64,000 nt of DNA from Chrysomallon squamiferum (GCA_012295275.1 CM022675.1:4712001-4776000), one strand, 5' to 3'; positions 14,864 through 29,176 are shown, numbered from the stretch's first letter. The notes: a model not told the origin generated them from the sequence alone. Numbers and translations: made by a program.

Positions 14864-15653
14864 AAGAATAGTAGTAATAATAATAGTAATAATTATAATA
14901 AAAATAAAGTGAAAAGATGACTAATAAGCATTTTTATATTGAAAAACAATCTAATATCTTTTTGAGATGATAATTTATATATTTGCAGATAATGTAACTG
15001 CACCAGTATCCATGTCCACATCAATGACGACAACTGCAAAACAGACTGAGAAAACAACAGCAGCAACTACTTCTGAACCAGGGGAGATAACTCCAACAAA
15101 AGAATCCACTGAGACACAATATCCATCAAACAAGTCAGGTTAGATTTAATTTTAGTATTTTGTTCTAAGAGCTTGTACTAATTTTATTTCACTGAATTTA
15201 ATTTACTTGTTTTATGTATTTATTTATTTATTTGTTTGTTTATTTACTTCTTTCAGTTTATTAGATTTATTTTACTAGATTTTAATTACTACATTTATTT
15301 CCAACTTTTACTAAATTTAATTTCTAATTTTAATTTACTAGATTTATTCACTACTTTTAATTCACACAACTTATTTTATTAATCTTATTGCTAGTATTCT
15401 TATACTAGCTTTTTTTAAAATTAGTTTACTTTATATTTCTCTCTTTCAAATGGCTTATTTAATTTACAAGAATTAATTTCTTTTTTTTTTATTTATTTTC
15501 TATATTTTGGTAGCTTTGTGTTAATTTACTAGAATTATTCTGCTAAACTTATTAAAATTAATTTCTGCTAAAATTTGTAAAATTCCTTCAATAATAAGTA
15601 AAATAAATAAATAAATAAATAAAAAACATTTACATACTTAATTGTTCTTAGAT

Positions 15654-15733
<80 letters not shown>

Positions 15734-15829
15734 GTGTTTGTGTGCAAATTGTTTTATGTATTCATGTAGCTAAGTGTTCTGCTTGGCATAAAATAAGGTC
15801 ACTTTCAGAATTAGCTGTCTACAATATAA

Positions 15830-15875
<46 letters not shown>

Positions 15876-16847
15876 TAATAATAATAATAATAGTATTAAT
15901 TATAATAATAATAATAATAATAACAATAATAATAATAATAACAATATAAAATAATAATAATAATAATAATAATTATAATAATAATAATAATAATAATAAT
16001 ATAATAATAACAATAAGAAGAAGAAGAATAGTAGTAATAATAATAGTAATAATTATAATAAAAATAAAGTGAAAAGATGACTTAGAAACATTTTTATATT
16101 GAAAAAAGAATCTAATATGTTTTCAAGATCATCTTTTGTACATTTACAGATAATGTAACTGCACCAGTATCAACGTACACATCAGTGACAACAGCGAATC
16201 AGACTGAGAAAACAACAGCAGCAACTACTTCTGAACCAGGGGAGATAATTTCAACAAAAGAATCCACTGAGACACAACATACATCAAACAAGTCAGGTTA
16301 GTTTTAATTTTACTATTTTCTTTTAAGAGTTTTAACTAATTTTAGTTCTCTGAATTTAATTTAACAGTTCTATTTTATTTTATTTTATTTATTTATTTAT
16401 TTATTTATTGTTTATTTATATATATCTTCGTTTGTTTATTTATTTATTTGTTTATTTACTTGTTTCAGTTTATTAGATTTACTTTAGAAATTTACGAGAT
16501 TTATTTATAACTTTTACTAAATTTTATTCCTAGTTTTAATTTACTCAATTTATTTACTACATTTAATTCACTAAATTTATTTTATTAATTTTATGGCTAG
16601 TATTCATATACTAGCTTTGTCTAAATTAATTAACTTTATTTTTCTGTTTTTTAAATGGCTTATTTAATTTTCAAGCATTAATTTACTTTTTTAAATTTAG
16701 TATCTATATTTTGCTAGCTTTGTGTTAATTTACTAGAATTATTCTGCTAAACTTATTAAAATTAATTTCTGCTAAAATTAGTAAAATTACTTCAATAATA
16801 AGTAAAATAAATAAATAAAACCATCTACATAGCTAATTGTTCTTATA

Positions 16848-16921
<74 letters not shown>

Positions 16922-17776
16922 GTTTTTGTAAATGTTTTTATGTATGCGTGTAGCTAAGTAAAATAATAATAATATAATAATAACAATAAGAAGAAGAAGA
17001 AGAATAGTAGTAATAATAATAGTAATAATTATAATAAAAATAAAGTGAATAGATGAATAACAAATATTTTTATATTGAAAAAAGAATCTAATATCTTTTC
17101 GAGATAATCTTTTGTACATTTACAGATAATGTAACTGCACAAGTATCAACGTCCACTTCAGTGACAACAACTGGGAATCAGACCCTTAAAACAACAGCTG
17201 CAACTACTTCGGAACCAGGGGAGATAATTCCAACAAAAGAATCCACTGAGACAGAACATCCATCAAACAAGTCAGGTCAGTTTTAATTTTACTATTTTGT
17301 TTTATTTATTTTTATTTATTTATTTTTAATTTATTTACTTGTTTCAGTTTATTCCATTACTAATTACTAATTTTTATTTACTAGATTTATTTACCACTTT
17401 TACTAAATTTAATTCCTAGTTTTAATTTACTAGATTTATTTATGACTTTTACTAAATTTAATTCCTAGTTTTAATTCACTAAATTTATTTTGTTAATTTT
17501 ATAGCTAGCATTCATATACTATCTTTGTTTAAATTAATTAACTTTATTTTTCTTTCTTTTAAATGAGTTATTTAATTTACCAGCTTAAATTTACAAGCAT
17601 TAATTTACTTTTTTTAAATTTCTTTTCTGTATTTTGGTAGCTTTATGTTAATTAACTAGAATTATTCTGCTAAACTTATTAAAATTACTTCAATAATAAG
17701 TAAAATAAATAAATAAATAAATAACAACATCTACATACTTAATTGTTCTTAGATTAAGAGATGGAGAGAGAGAGAA

Positions 17777-17864
<88 letters not shown>

Positions 17865-17938
17865 TGTGTGTGTGTGTTTTTGTTCTGCTTGGCATAAAAT
17901 AAGAGTTCAGTTTCAGAATTAGCTGTCTACAATATAAA

Positions 17939-17988
<50 letters not shown>

Positions 17989-18431
17989 TATAGTTATAAT
18001 AAAGTGAGAAGATGATTAACAAACATTTTTTTATTGAAAACTGAATCTAATACCTTTTCGAAACAATCTTTTATATATTTACAGATAATGTAGTTACACG
18101 AGTATCAACGTCCACTTCAATGACAACAACTGCGAAACAGACCCAGAGAACAACAGCAACAACTACTTCTGAACCAGGGGAGGTAATTGCACCAGAACAA
18201 GACAAGACAGATTATGTGTTATACAGTGCAGGTCAGTTTTAATTTTACTATTTTGTTTCAAGAGTTTTTACTACTTTTATTTCACTAAATTTAATTTACT
18301 AGTTTTTATTTACTAGATTTATTTGCAGCTTTTACAAAATTTATTTCCTAGTGTTAATTTGGTAGAATTATTTACTACTTTTAATTCACTAAATTTATTT
18401 TATTCATATACTAGCTTTCTTTAAATTAATT

Positions 18432-18471
<40 letters not shown>

Positions 18472-20171
18472 TATCTGTGCTAAATGGCTTGCTTAATTCA
18501 CAAGAATTTTAACTTTTTTTTTTTTTAAAATTTTGCTAGCTTTTTCTTAATTTATTAGATTTATTCTGCTAAACTTATTAAAATTATATTTAAACTTTGT
18601 AGATTATTTGAATATTTTGAATATTTTGTTCTATATAAACTAATTTGAAAAGAGGCAAATATTGCGTCATATTTCTGTTAAATTTAGTACAAATATATCA
18701 ATAATAAGTGAAATAAATAAATAAATAAAAACATTTACAGAGTTAACTGTTCTTAGATTAAAATCAATGTTGTTATGTAAATATTTTCAGCATATGGTGG
18801 TGGTGGTGCTGCTGTTGTAGTGGTGTTGGTAGTTATTGTTGTTGTTGTAGTTTGGACTAGACGGTGAGAACTTATCAGTTATTAAATAAAATTATGAAAT
18901 TCACGAAGCAGAAAAACAGCAGAAAAAAAGAATGAAATATGAAAGAAAAAATAGAGAATGAAAAAACAAAGAAATAATTATATGGGTTTTTATCATGTTT
19001 GTTAAAAACAAAATAAGAACATGGAGAACAGAATGAAGAAGACAGAAAGATAAGAATGAAAGATAGAAAGACGCGAAAGAATAAAAGATAAAGAAAAGAC
19101 ATATGAAAGAACAAGAAAGTTTTAATGAAAATAATAAATTCATATACAAAGGTATGAAACAAATTAAAAAAAAAAAATCTACACATTTCACTGTTATTCA
19201 TCTCAGTTAACGTCAGTTTAATTTTAAATGTAAAATAGTTTTTCCTTTGAATTATCAGAGTCGTCACGACAGAAACTCGTATAATAAAAATAATTTAGTA
19301 TTTCACAGTTTAAATTTAAATAAAATCTTCATTTTTCAGAAAACATCGATTTTCTTATAGCATTCAGAAGTTACAAGAATCAACAATATATTTTAGCAAC
19401 AGAAACAATGAAATCTGCTTTGCTGAACGCGTTCACACAAATCCGATCTATGAGGAAACAACGACATCGGCAGATTATGCATTTGGATCAGAAAATCAAG
19501 GAAACAACAGTGTTTACTACAACGTCCCAAGCGGAGTTATTGTCAACATGGAAAACAGAAATGATAACGACTACGACATCGCAGATGTTAAAGCAGTTCC
19601 AAATAACAGATCTACTGCTGACCACAACAATGGAGACTATGACACAGAGAATATCAGAACTGCAGCTACTACAACATCTGAAGTGGACTGTCATTTCTCA
19701 AAACATGACAGCACAGACACAACAGACACGACAACTCACACATCTGACATCTACAACAACCCTGCTGGGGACAACGGCAATCACTACGACAAGAAAAAGG
19801 TGACAACTACGTCTCATGTCTACGACAACACAAACAAAGAAAAAACAACTGCAACTGTATCCGACGTGTACATCCACGTCAATGATTCTGAAGACTACGA
19901 AACCATGGACAAGAAACCTCCAACAGCAACAACAACATCAGAACTGTATAACCATCTTAACCAACCTGACAGCGACCGCTACGACATCGCTGATACCGTT
20001 ACTTCCGATTTACCACACCCCAGTCTGTATAGAGATACTGCCTCGTCTAACAATCAAATTCCTACTAGGAAATCAGAAATCTCTGATAACGTCCACGACG
20101 ATTCCGACAACAACGACAACGTTTCTGAAGACAGTGGAAATGTTTATTTTATTCTGGAAAATTCTGATTGA
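3557..20171 (+). CDS. Receptor gene A: signal peptide + tandem mucin-exon stalk + TM + Tyr-rich cytoplasmic tail (~1017 aa if the two frameshifted exons are skipped)
   Basis: Exon 1 3557-3623 ([23 protein letters not shown]|gtaagt). Mucin exons 4536-4679, 5543-5692, 6255-6404, 6980-7129, 8006-8154*, 8756-8900*, 9394-9543, 10413-10562, 11345-11491, 11940-12089, 12882-13031, 13952-14098, 14989-15138, 16150-16296, 17126-17275, 18085-18231 (* frameshifted). TM exon 18791-18863 ([25 protein letters not shown]). Last exon 19340-20171, in frame with ORF 19548-20171. All introns are GT-AG with consistent phases. Confidence 0.8.
4380..18760 (+). repeat. Tandem array of 16 exon+intron units (~0.6-1.2 kb each)
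   Basis: Each unit is acceptor tttRcag, a 144-150-nt T/S/E/P-rich exon (e.g. [40 protein letters not shown]...), donor gtYag, then (TTTA)n, (GA)n and (AAT)n tracts. Confidence 0.95.
8006..8900 (+). pseudogene. Two frameshifted mucin exon copies (149 nt and 145 nt): pseudo-exons or assembly errors
   Basis: 8006-8154 has GGG instead of GGGG, giving AGA TAA at 8101-8106. 8756-8900 lacks 2 nt relative to its near-identical twin 11345-11491 (actgaaaaca vs actgaggaaaca). Confidence 0.55.
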
Positions 20172-20764
20172 AAAGAATGTCAGTAGTAACTCGATCGATA
20201 TTTGTATGCTAAATGTGTCGTCTGCTATGAAGTGTTTTCTTTTTTTTTTTTCTTTTTTTTTTTAAAAACCAACGTTACGAGTGTCTCACAACACAGTTTT
20301 TCTTTTTTAAACTTTTTTCTTCCTTCTTTTTTTTTTTTTTTTTTTGAAATCCGTCTTAGCAGTGTATCATACCACTTTTTGTAATTTTTATGATTAATAT
20401 TATTATCTATTTATTTATTTATTTATTTAATTATTTATGTTGCTGTTGTTGTTGTTGTTCTTTTAAACTCGATGTTAATTGTATCTGAACTCGCTTTTAT
20501 TGTTTGCATTATTTGTATTATTATTTTTTTACCTTTGTATTTTGTATTTGTACTTTATCCTAAAATCTAAATGAACTTTTAGTCTGTGCGATTTATCTTT
20601 TACCTTATTTCTGAGTTATGTGAAATCTGTTTTTACACTAACATTTTAAGTATTAATCTGCACTGATGCAAAATGTGTCGCTTGAAGGAAGTGTTTTCTA
20701 AAATCCACGTTAACAGTGTCTCATACCACCTTTTTTTTCTCTTTTTTGTTTTCGTTTTCTCTTT

Positions 20765-20795
<31 letters not shown>

Positions 20796-22656
20796 GTTTG
20801 TTTGTTGTTTAATTTATTCTTTTTATTATAAAAATTAAGGATACTTTATTCGATATTCCGAAATCCTAAATTCGAGATTGTGATATCTTACAATTTTCCG
20901 ATGGATGAAGCCTTCATAAACCTTAATTCATCACAAATACATAAAATGCCTCAGCACTATTTGTATATTTATGCATGTGTATGCATGTAGATACCTATGT
21001 GCGTGTATGTTACCATGTGTTTGATTATATATTTATATATACTAAAATGAATTAATAAATGAAAGAAAAACATCAAAATAGAAAAGAATGTACATCTCTA
21101 TATTACATTACTTTATATTATACAGCAAAACTATATAATCCACTAAGGATATTTTACTATTTTGTTTTAATAATTCTTCATATTTATTTTTCATTTTCTG
21201 TTTCGTACTCGAAGTGTGTTTTATACTAACATTTGTACTGTTAACCCTACTTTTTTTGTGATACAGAAAACCTCGCTACTATTCAAATGGATCATCCGGT
21301 GTATCGATATATATTGACTTTCGAATGATTGATTTTCTCTCTGTTTCAAGTGCTAATTGAATTAAAATTGGATTAATTGATAATTTGTTGTCTTCTATTT
21401 GTGTTTATTTCACGAATGTTACTTAGTAGTGTGAAAATAAATAGAGTTTAATCTCGGTTGAAGGTGCACTAGGACAGCGGCCATTTTGTTATATTTCTCA
21501 GAACGTGTATCACTAACATCGTTCATACACTACTTGTTACGTTCACGAGGTTTTGTCTACGAGTTTTCTTCATATAAACAGCCTCGACAAAACACAAATT
21601 AAATATCTTAGCTTCATCTGTTTGTCCAGTAGGAAAGTAATGTCACACGAAATTACTAGAAGAGCTTGATGAAAAATTTCTGTAAAGTCTCTTAACTATT
21701 TTCAAGATATAATCTCGCTTAAGAAGGGGCTATTGTGGGCAAAACGGCATCGAAAACATTAAACATCAAAAATTGCATCATCACACACACACACACACAC
21801 ACACGTACACACGTACACACCCATACACACACACACATACACACCCATACACACACATACATACATACACAACTATGTCTTTCTAGATCTACATTAGTGT
21901 TTAGGTTGTTGTGTTAATTTTCATTTCACATTTTGATAAATTCTGAATTAAAATGTTCTACTCATAGAGTCTCAGTCTGAATCCTGGTTATGTTATGTTC
22001 CAGAGTTCGGAAAAAACATTTTCTTTTAGAAACAAATTTGGATTTATGTTTTTAGAATAAGAAATATACAAAATTTCTCGTATTTATGAGCTTTGCAAAG
22101 AACTGAAGTAGACACTGGTTTTGAATCTAATATTGTCTCTGTTCTCTTTGTAATCTTACGTAGTCGTCCTGAACATTAGCTGGGAACAGATGTTTAAGAA
22201 AAGAGGCTGAGAATGCATATTGACAAAAACAAGCTGGAAATACGTCTACATGAAAATAAGCTGGGAATAGGTGAAAATTAGCTGGAGTAACTATGTGTCT
22301 AAGAAAAAGCTGGAACAGATGTGTATCTAAAAATAAGCTATGAATGGGTGTGTATATAAATCAAAGCTGGGAATAGGTGTTTATGTCAAAATTAGTTAGC
22401 TGAGAACAGCTGTGTACATGAAAATATGTTGTGAATAGGTTAAAATAAATCGGGAATAGGTGCTGTGTGAAAATAAACTGTATTTATATTTTGTGTGTTT
22501 GTGTGTTTGTGTGTCTAGATGTATGTATATATACATATATGTATGTATTTATCTGTATATGGATGCATGCATGTATATGTGTTTGTATATATGTATATAT
22601 GCATATATGAACATATGTATTTATGTACTTATGAATAAATGTATTATGTATGTATA

Positions 22657-23356
22657 CAGTAACAAATTTGGATTTACGTTTTACCCCCAGAATAGCGAAA
22701 AACCGCGAATATTGGATGCAGTTTTAAAATGTCTATTATGAGATTATATACGGTACTAAATGCTTCCCAAACACTTTCTAAAGACACTCTTACTCATTAA
22801 TACAGTAATAATGTAGTAATATTGCATGCAGTTATGTATTTCACTAATGCAGTAATGATAATGTAAACACATTTTAATTTTGTACTGAAACAATATTTTA
22901 ATCAGAAAGAAACGTAAACAGGAGGACAGTAACACCGCATAGCATAGTTACCCATACAGTATTACTGTACCGTCAAGTCATTTTTATGCGTACAACATAT
23001 GTATTAGAATTGACAGAAAGTGGAACAAAATAAAGGCAAACAGACAGATAAATACAGTACGCACAGTTCAGGTAATAATAATACAATTCAGTAATAATAT
23101 GCAATTAAAAACATTATTAATACATGGTCACAAAAAATATGCACTGTACATACAGTGTATGCATTTATAAAAAAATACGTATATTATTGCAATAATAATT
23201 GAAAAAATTTGATATTGTTTGTGCGGTTTACCGAGCATTTGTTTTATAACGTTATGACTGTAGCCTGGTATGCATACGATGTGATAGGGTTAAGAGCCTA
23301 ATACGCGAATATGCGGGGCCGCGAATGGGGAACCGCGAACAGGTGAGGGTATACTG
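22657..23356. mobile_element. Pogo/Tigger-like MITE (~700 bp), copy 1
   Basis: TA|CAGTA...gagggtaTACTG|TA ends with ccgcgaat subterminal motifs; near-identical internal sequence at 36113-36808. Confidence 0.75.
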
Positions 23357-23842
23357 TATATGTTTCTATTTATGTGTCTACGTATGCATGTATGCTTGTT
23401 TGTATGTGTGGTTGCATATGTCCATCTTTGAATGAATGTGTGCATGTATGTATTTATGTATTTTTGTATGTACCCATTATATGTGCATGTTTGAATGTAT
23501 GTATGTATGTATCTATGTAATTCATTATCAGTCTAATTCAAGTTTTACAAGTTGTATTAGTAAAACGGACGTATCATTTCTAATCATACCAACACAAAGT
23601 TGTTACAAAAACAAAGTGTAATCTAAGTAGCCAGCCATTGATCAAGATTTACTGTGCAGCGACTAGTTGTGTGCGCTAAGGTTCCACCTGGTTGATTCTA
23701 TATACAACAGATTCGAGATTTTTGTCTGATTACTCTGTCTATTAATATCTCTTACTTGTTGGTTTTAGCAAAACTCGGTTTTATATCGTCTTGTGTAAAA
23801 GTTTCGTAAATAAAAATTAAGAGAAGAAAACAAAAAGAAATA

Positions 23843-24160
23843 ATGAATTTAGTAACAGCAGTGATTATATTAACGATCTACAATCAAGTTACAGGTTCAG
23901 AAAGACTAAGTAAGTTTATTATTTATTTAAAATTAACTGTACGTTACACTTCAAGTCTTTTCGAATATGTGTAAGGCAAGGGGACATAACTTAAAACTTT
24001 TAATTTTGTTTAAGTTTTATTTATTTATTAATAGGGATTTTAGAATTATTTCTTGTATATGGTGATTATATTTTAAGGTACAGAAGCAGACCTTTTTCAA
24101 AATAGCATCTAATGAATGTTTAATGGATTTTTAACATGAAATGCTTGTATCATAGTAGTA

Positions 24161-24197
<37 letters not shown>

Positions 24198-25331
24198 TAA
24201 CAACAAAAAGAAAAACAACATCAACATCGACAATAACAACAGAAATAGAAACAGCAATAACGACAGTAAAAACATGAACGACAACAACAATAATAATATT
24301 AGTAACAACATCAACAGCACTAATAATAACAACAACATCAAACAACAACATTGATGGTGATGATGTTTATGAAATAGCTGCATAGCGTAACAGCAAATGA
24401 GAGTTTCCACTTCAGATACAATAGGTAAACAATTACATAATAACATAAACTAGAACGTTTTTACATAACATTTTCTAAAAAATAAAATATTTACTATAAA
24501 CAAAACATTATATAAAATAGCTTAACATAGCTTAATTATACCTTGTCATATAAAATAACATAGCATAACGTAGCATAATATAACTAAAATTTTAAGATAG
24601 CAATATTACATACAAAACTTGACTAAATCACACCAAAACATAAACAAATAATATTTCTAAATTTCTACAACATATTTCAAAATAAATAAATAAGATAAAT
24701 ATTAATAAATTAACACAGGTCCGTGGTCTGACAGAAAACAAGAAGAAATGTTAGAAGAATATTTTACACTGGATAAAAAACAAACTTGGTGGGAGGCAGC
24801 GTATTCTGGCTGTGAGGAGGCAGGAGGCAGACTCGTTGTTCATCATCCTGGTTTAGACGAAAACAAACTTTTTTCTGTAATGGAAGAAGACAAAGACTAT
24901 TGGGTAGGAGCTTTTGAGACGTATACACCGTGGATGTGGACTGGTAGGTATAATTTACTGGTTTCATTTTGTGTTTATAAATCTCAGTTCAGTAACAAAA
25001 TACAGTTTTAAATTGTTGTCACTTTCTCAGAGACAGATGAACCGTTATTTCAACACAAAGGAGAAACAGATACAACTGAACTTACAAGTAATTACACGTT
25101 ACAAGATAACAGCGCATTCTCTTGTTTCATCAAGTGTAGAGCTTCTTCTGATACTGTGGGTCTACAAGTAAGTTTGTTTTTTGTTTGTTCATTTAATTTA
25201 TTTAATTTTATTTATTTGTTTACTATTATTTTTATTTACTTTTTTGTTCATTTATTTATTTATATATTTTTAAAACAAGGACAACAACATCAACAACAAC
25301 AACAATAATAATAACAATAATAATAATACTG

Positions 25332-25365
<34 letters not shown>

Positions 25366-26170
25366 CAACAAGAAGAAATAACAAGAAAGTTGTTTTGTTT
25401 TCAGGGTAGACGTTGTTTTTGTAAAATTGCTGACAGTGGACTAAGTAAGAGAGAAGATTGTGTCAGATGTGCAGGAAGCTACACAGAATTCTGTGGTGGA
25501 GAAAACTTTATTTCTGTGTACAAGATTGGTAAGAGTCGAAAAGAAAATTTCCAAATTTTAGTTAATAATAATAACATTGTTATTTTTATAAATAACTAAT
25601 TATATTTTAAGTGTACAGTATTTTAAAATACATGTTTTATGTGTACCTGTTTAAGATTATTTAGGGGGGGGGCAAAAAATATGATGATTTACCAAGTGTG
25701 TATTTTACTAATTTAATATTTGTATATAATTTAATATTCTAACAAAAATATATATGTTATGATAAGAGAAATATTCCCTTTTTGATGATTATAAAATAAC
25801 TAATTCTCTAGGAGAAGATTTGAACCAGAGTGTTCTGTGTTTCATCATTTATTATCTGTCTGTTGCAGATTTACCAGATTCGGTGAAAGTGATTGCCAAC
25901 GTTGCTGTCAACAGCAACTGTGGCTACGTCAAATACAATAATATCTCGAAAGTTTTAGAACTGGGATTTCAAAGCTGTGAAAATTATGAAAACAGTGTGT
26001 GTCTTTGTAAGTTACTTTACAACATTTTTCAAAACATTAAAAAAACAAACAATAACAAATACAACAACAACAACTATAACAACAATAATAATAATAATAA
26101 TAATAGCAGTATTAGGAGTAATAGTAGTAGTTATAGTAATAATTTGTTGTTGTAATTGTAGTTATAAATA

Positions 26171-26209
<39 letters not shown>

Positions 26210-26973
26210 TTATTACTACTATTACTGCTATTATTAGTATTATTATCATAATCATCAACATCTCCATACATTTTTTATATTGTTATATTTTATTATTATT
26301 GTTATTATTAGTCGTTCATAATCATCAACATTGTTGTTTTTATATTATTATTATTATTGTTGTTATTGTTATCGTTTTATTATTGTTGTTGTTATTATTC
26401 ATGCTGTTGCTGCTGCTGTTGGTCACAAAGTGCTGATTATTTTTATTTATTTTAGATGATTATAAACTGAAGATGCTTGGATCAAAATGTACGTCTGAGA
26501 TATGTATAACAAAACGTCCAGTTCATGAGATCACGTGGTTGTTAACCTCACGTGTTTGTGTTCTGACCAAACTGAAAAACAGTTCAGTGTCAGACTTGAC
26601 AACTCTACTGTCACAGCGAGAACAAAGCAAATACTGGGTGGGTCTGCAGAGAAGGTCTGAATGGCGATGGGTTGACGGTAATAAAATTATTACATTTTGA
26701 TTTTATTTATTTTATTATTTATTTATTTATTTATTTTGTCATTAAAAATGAAATTATTTCCATTATAGATTTTGTATTCACGAATATATATCTCTGTATC
26801 TATGTATGTATGTATATATGTATGTATTATGTGTTTATGTTTATGTACTTGTGTATGTGTATGCATGTATTTGAGTGTAAGTATTTGTATATGCATGTGT
26901 GTGTGAGTATGTATGTAATCATTCTTTTATTGGGTTATTCTGAATATGAGGAATATCATATTATATTATTATA

Positions 26974-27025
<52 letters not shown>

Positions 27026-28399
27026 ATACCCTTGGCTATAATTGTAGTCAAATTCTCGGTTAATCAAAATCTGAAACTGTTATGGACACGATCCTAGGCT
27101 AAACGTTTAGAGTTTGATATCTTATGGAATTCTGTTTCCAGCAACACTAACATTTTAAAGACAGGTCAGGGGGCTGCTGCTAAACATTGTTGTCTAAAGA
27201 CTGTTGGTCAATTTTGTCAAAAAATGTCAAAGTTCTAAGATCGGTATATCCAGAAGTACTGGTCCGATGAAGACGAAATTTGATGTTTGGCCGTTTGAAG
27301 CCAGAATCGTTTTATCAAATTGTGAATAGGTCGAGTTACAACCACTCATTGAACTGACATGTATCTGTGTCTGTATTTACTGTTTGGATGTATGTATGTG
27401 TGTCTGTATCTGTGTATGTTTGTGTGTATGTATGTGTGTCTGTATGTGTGTCTATATGTGTGTGTGTATATATATGTGTATGTGTATGTTTTATGTCTGT
27501 GTGTGTATGTGTGATATGTGTTTTTGTATGTGTTTGTGTATGTATCTGTGTCTGTATATGTGTATATGTCTGTATGTGTGTTTGTATGTTTCTATGTATG
27601 TGTATGTGGTATATATGTGGATATATGTTTATGTATGTGTAAGTATATATGTGTGTGTGTCTGTATGTGTGTATATATTCATGTGTGTGTGTGTGTATAT
27701 GTGGATATGTATGTTTATATGTATGTGTGTATATATTTGGATATGTATGTTTGTATGTATGTGTATGTATGTATATGTGTATTCATGTATGTGTGTATAT
27801 ATGTGGATTTGTATGTTTGTATGTATGTGTGTGTAAGCAGTAGTACACACTTGTGTTAGTAATATCAGTAAGGCTCTGTGACGTCTGATTAGAAGTGATA
27901 GTAGTGGTGTAGTAGTAGTTGTTGTGATAATAGTGATATTTTGCTTTAGCTTTGAAAAGTTAACGTATACCTCTGTTTAATTAGAAAATAATTCGTGTAT
28001 TTATTTATTTTATTTTTTTCTTTTTCTTTTTTTTACACACAGGTGAACAGTTGTCAGTAGATTCCGATTATTCCAATAACGAAAAACAGAAAAGCTTCGT
28101 ACTGAAAAAAGAATCACGTTATTGGGGATATAAAATGAAGTGGTATGTTTCTTCATCAGATGTGAACAACAGTGTGGCATGTCAAAAGTGTGAGTATCGT
28201 GTACACACAAACAACAAACAAACAAACAAACAAATAATTGTTCATTACTCTGCATCTCCACTAAATATTTTAATTAACAGTAGTTCTAAACAACCAGTTA
28301 TTGTTAATATTATTATTATTGTTGTTGTTGTTGTTGCCGTTGCTGTTGTTTTCATAGTCTTTGTTTTGTTTTTCTTCGTTCTCCATTTCTTCGTAACAT

Positions 28400-28464
<65 letters not shown>

Positions 28465-28856
28465 CTCTTTTTTTTTTTTTCTTTTTTATTCTTGTTGTTT
28501 TTGTTATCTCGACATTTCTCCTTTTTGTTTTCTGACTTGATTTACTTTATTGCAGATAAAAACACGAAATCTACAGCAAAACTATCGTCAACAACAGCAG
28601 AATCTTCAACTACTACGACAAAGACGAAAAACCCAAATTCGATGACTTCAGCACCTGAGAAAGAGTTAGCACAGTTTACTACAGAGAACACGAGTCCAGT
28701 GTCAACTTCTCAGTATAACAAAAGGGACATAACTCCATCTAAAAGTAGGGCACAGGCTGATAATAGACAAAACTTACCAGGTTAGTTTGTTAGTATTTAT
28801 TAGTTTCTTCATATTCAAACAGACATTACATGTAAACCAGCAAAAATGATAATAAA

Positions 28857-28951
<95 letters not shown>

Positions 28952-29136
28952 ATACATTTATATATTCAAAATAAATTTTAATGTTTCTAATCTTGTTTTT
29001 CAATTTCTATAATTTTGTAGCACTTGCTGGTGGTGGTGTTGCTGCTGTCGTAGTAGTGTTAATTGTCGTAGTTCTGATTTTCTTGTGGACAAAACGGTAC
29101 GTTTTTTCTTTGTTTAATTTAGTTCTTAGTTCATTA

Positions 29137-29176
<40 letters not shown>

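Noticed and set aside
5297-17119. Recurrent minus-strand ORFs [18 protein letters not shown]...
   Set aside because: Antisense reading of the repeated acceptor region and (AAT)n/(GA)n tracts; lengths vary with microsatellite slippage.
4380-18760. CRISPR-like or somatic-recombination cassette array
   Set aside because: Eukaryotic exon-intron units with GT-AG sites; spacers are homologous to each other; no cas genes or recombination-signal motifs seen.
19816-20265. Overlapping ORFs on the tail exons (also 29577-29966, 42821-43138 and antisense ones)
   Set aside because: Shadow frames of ACA/GAC/AAC-rich codons; no independent start or splice support.
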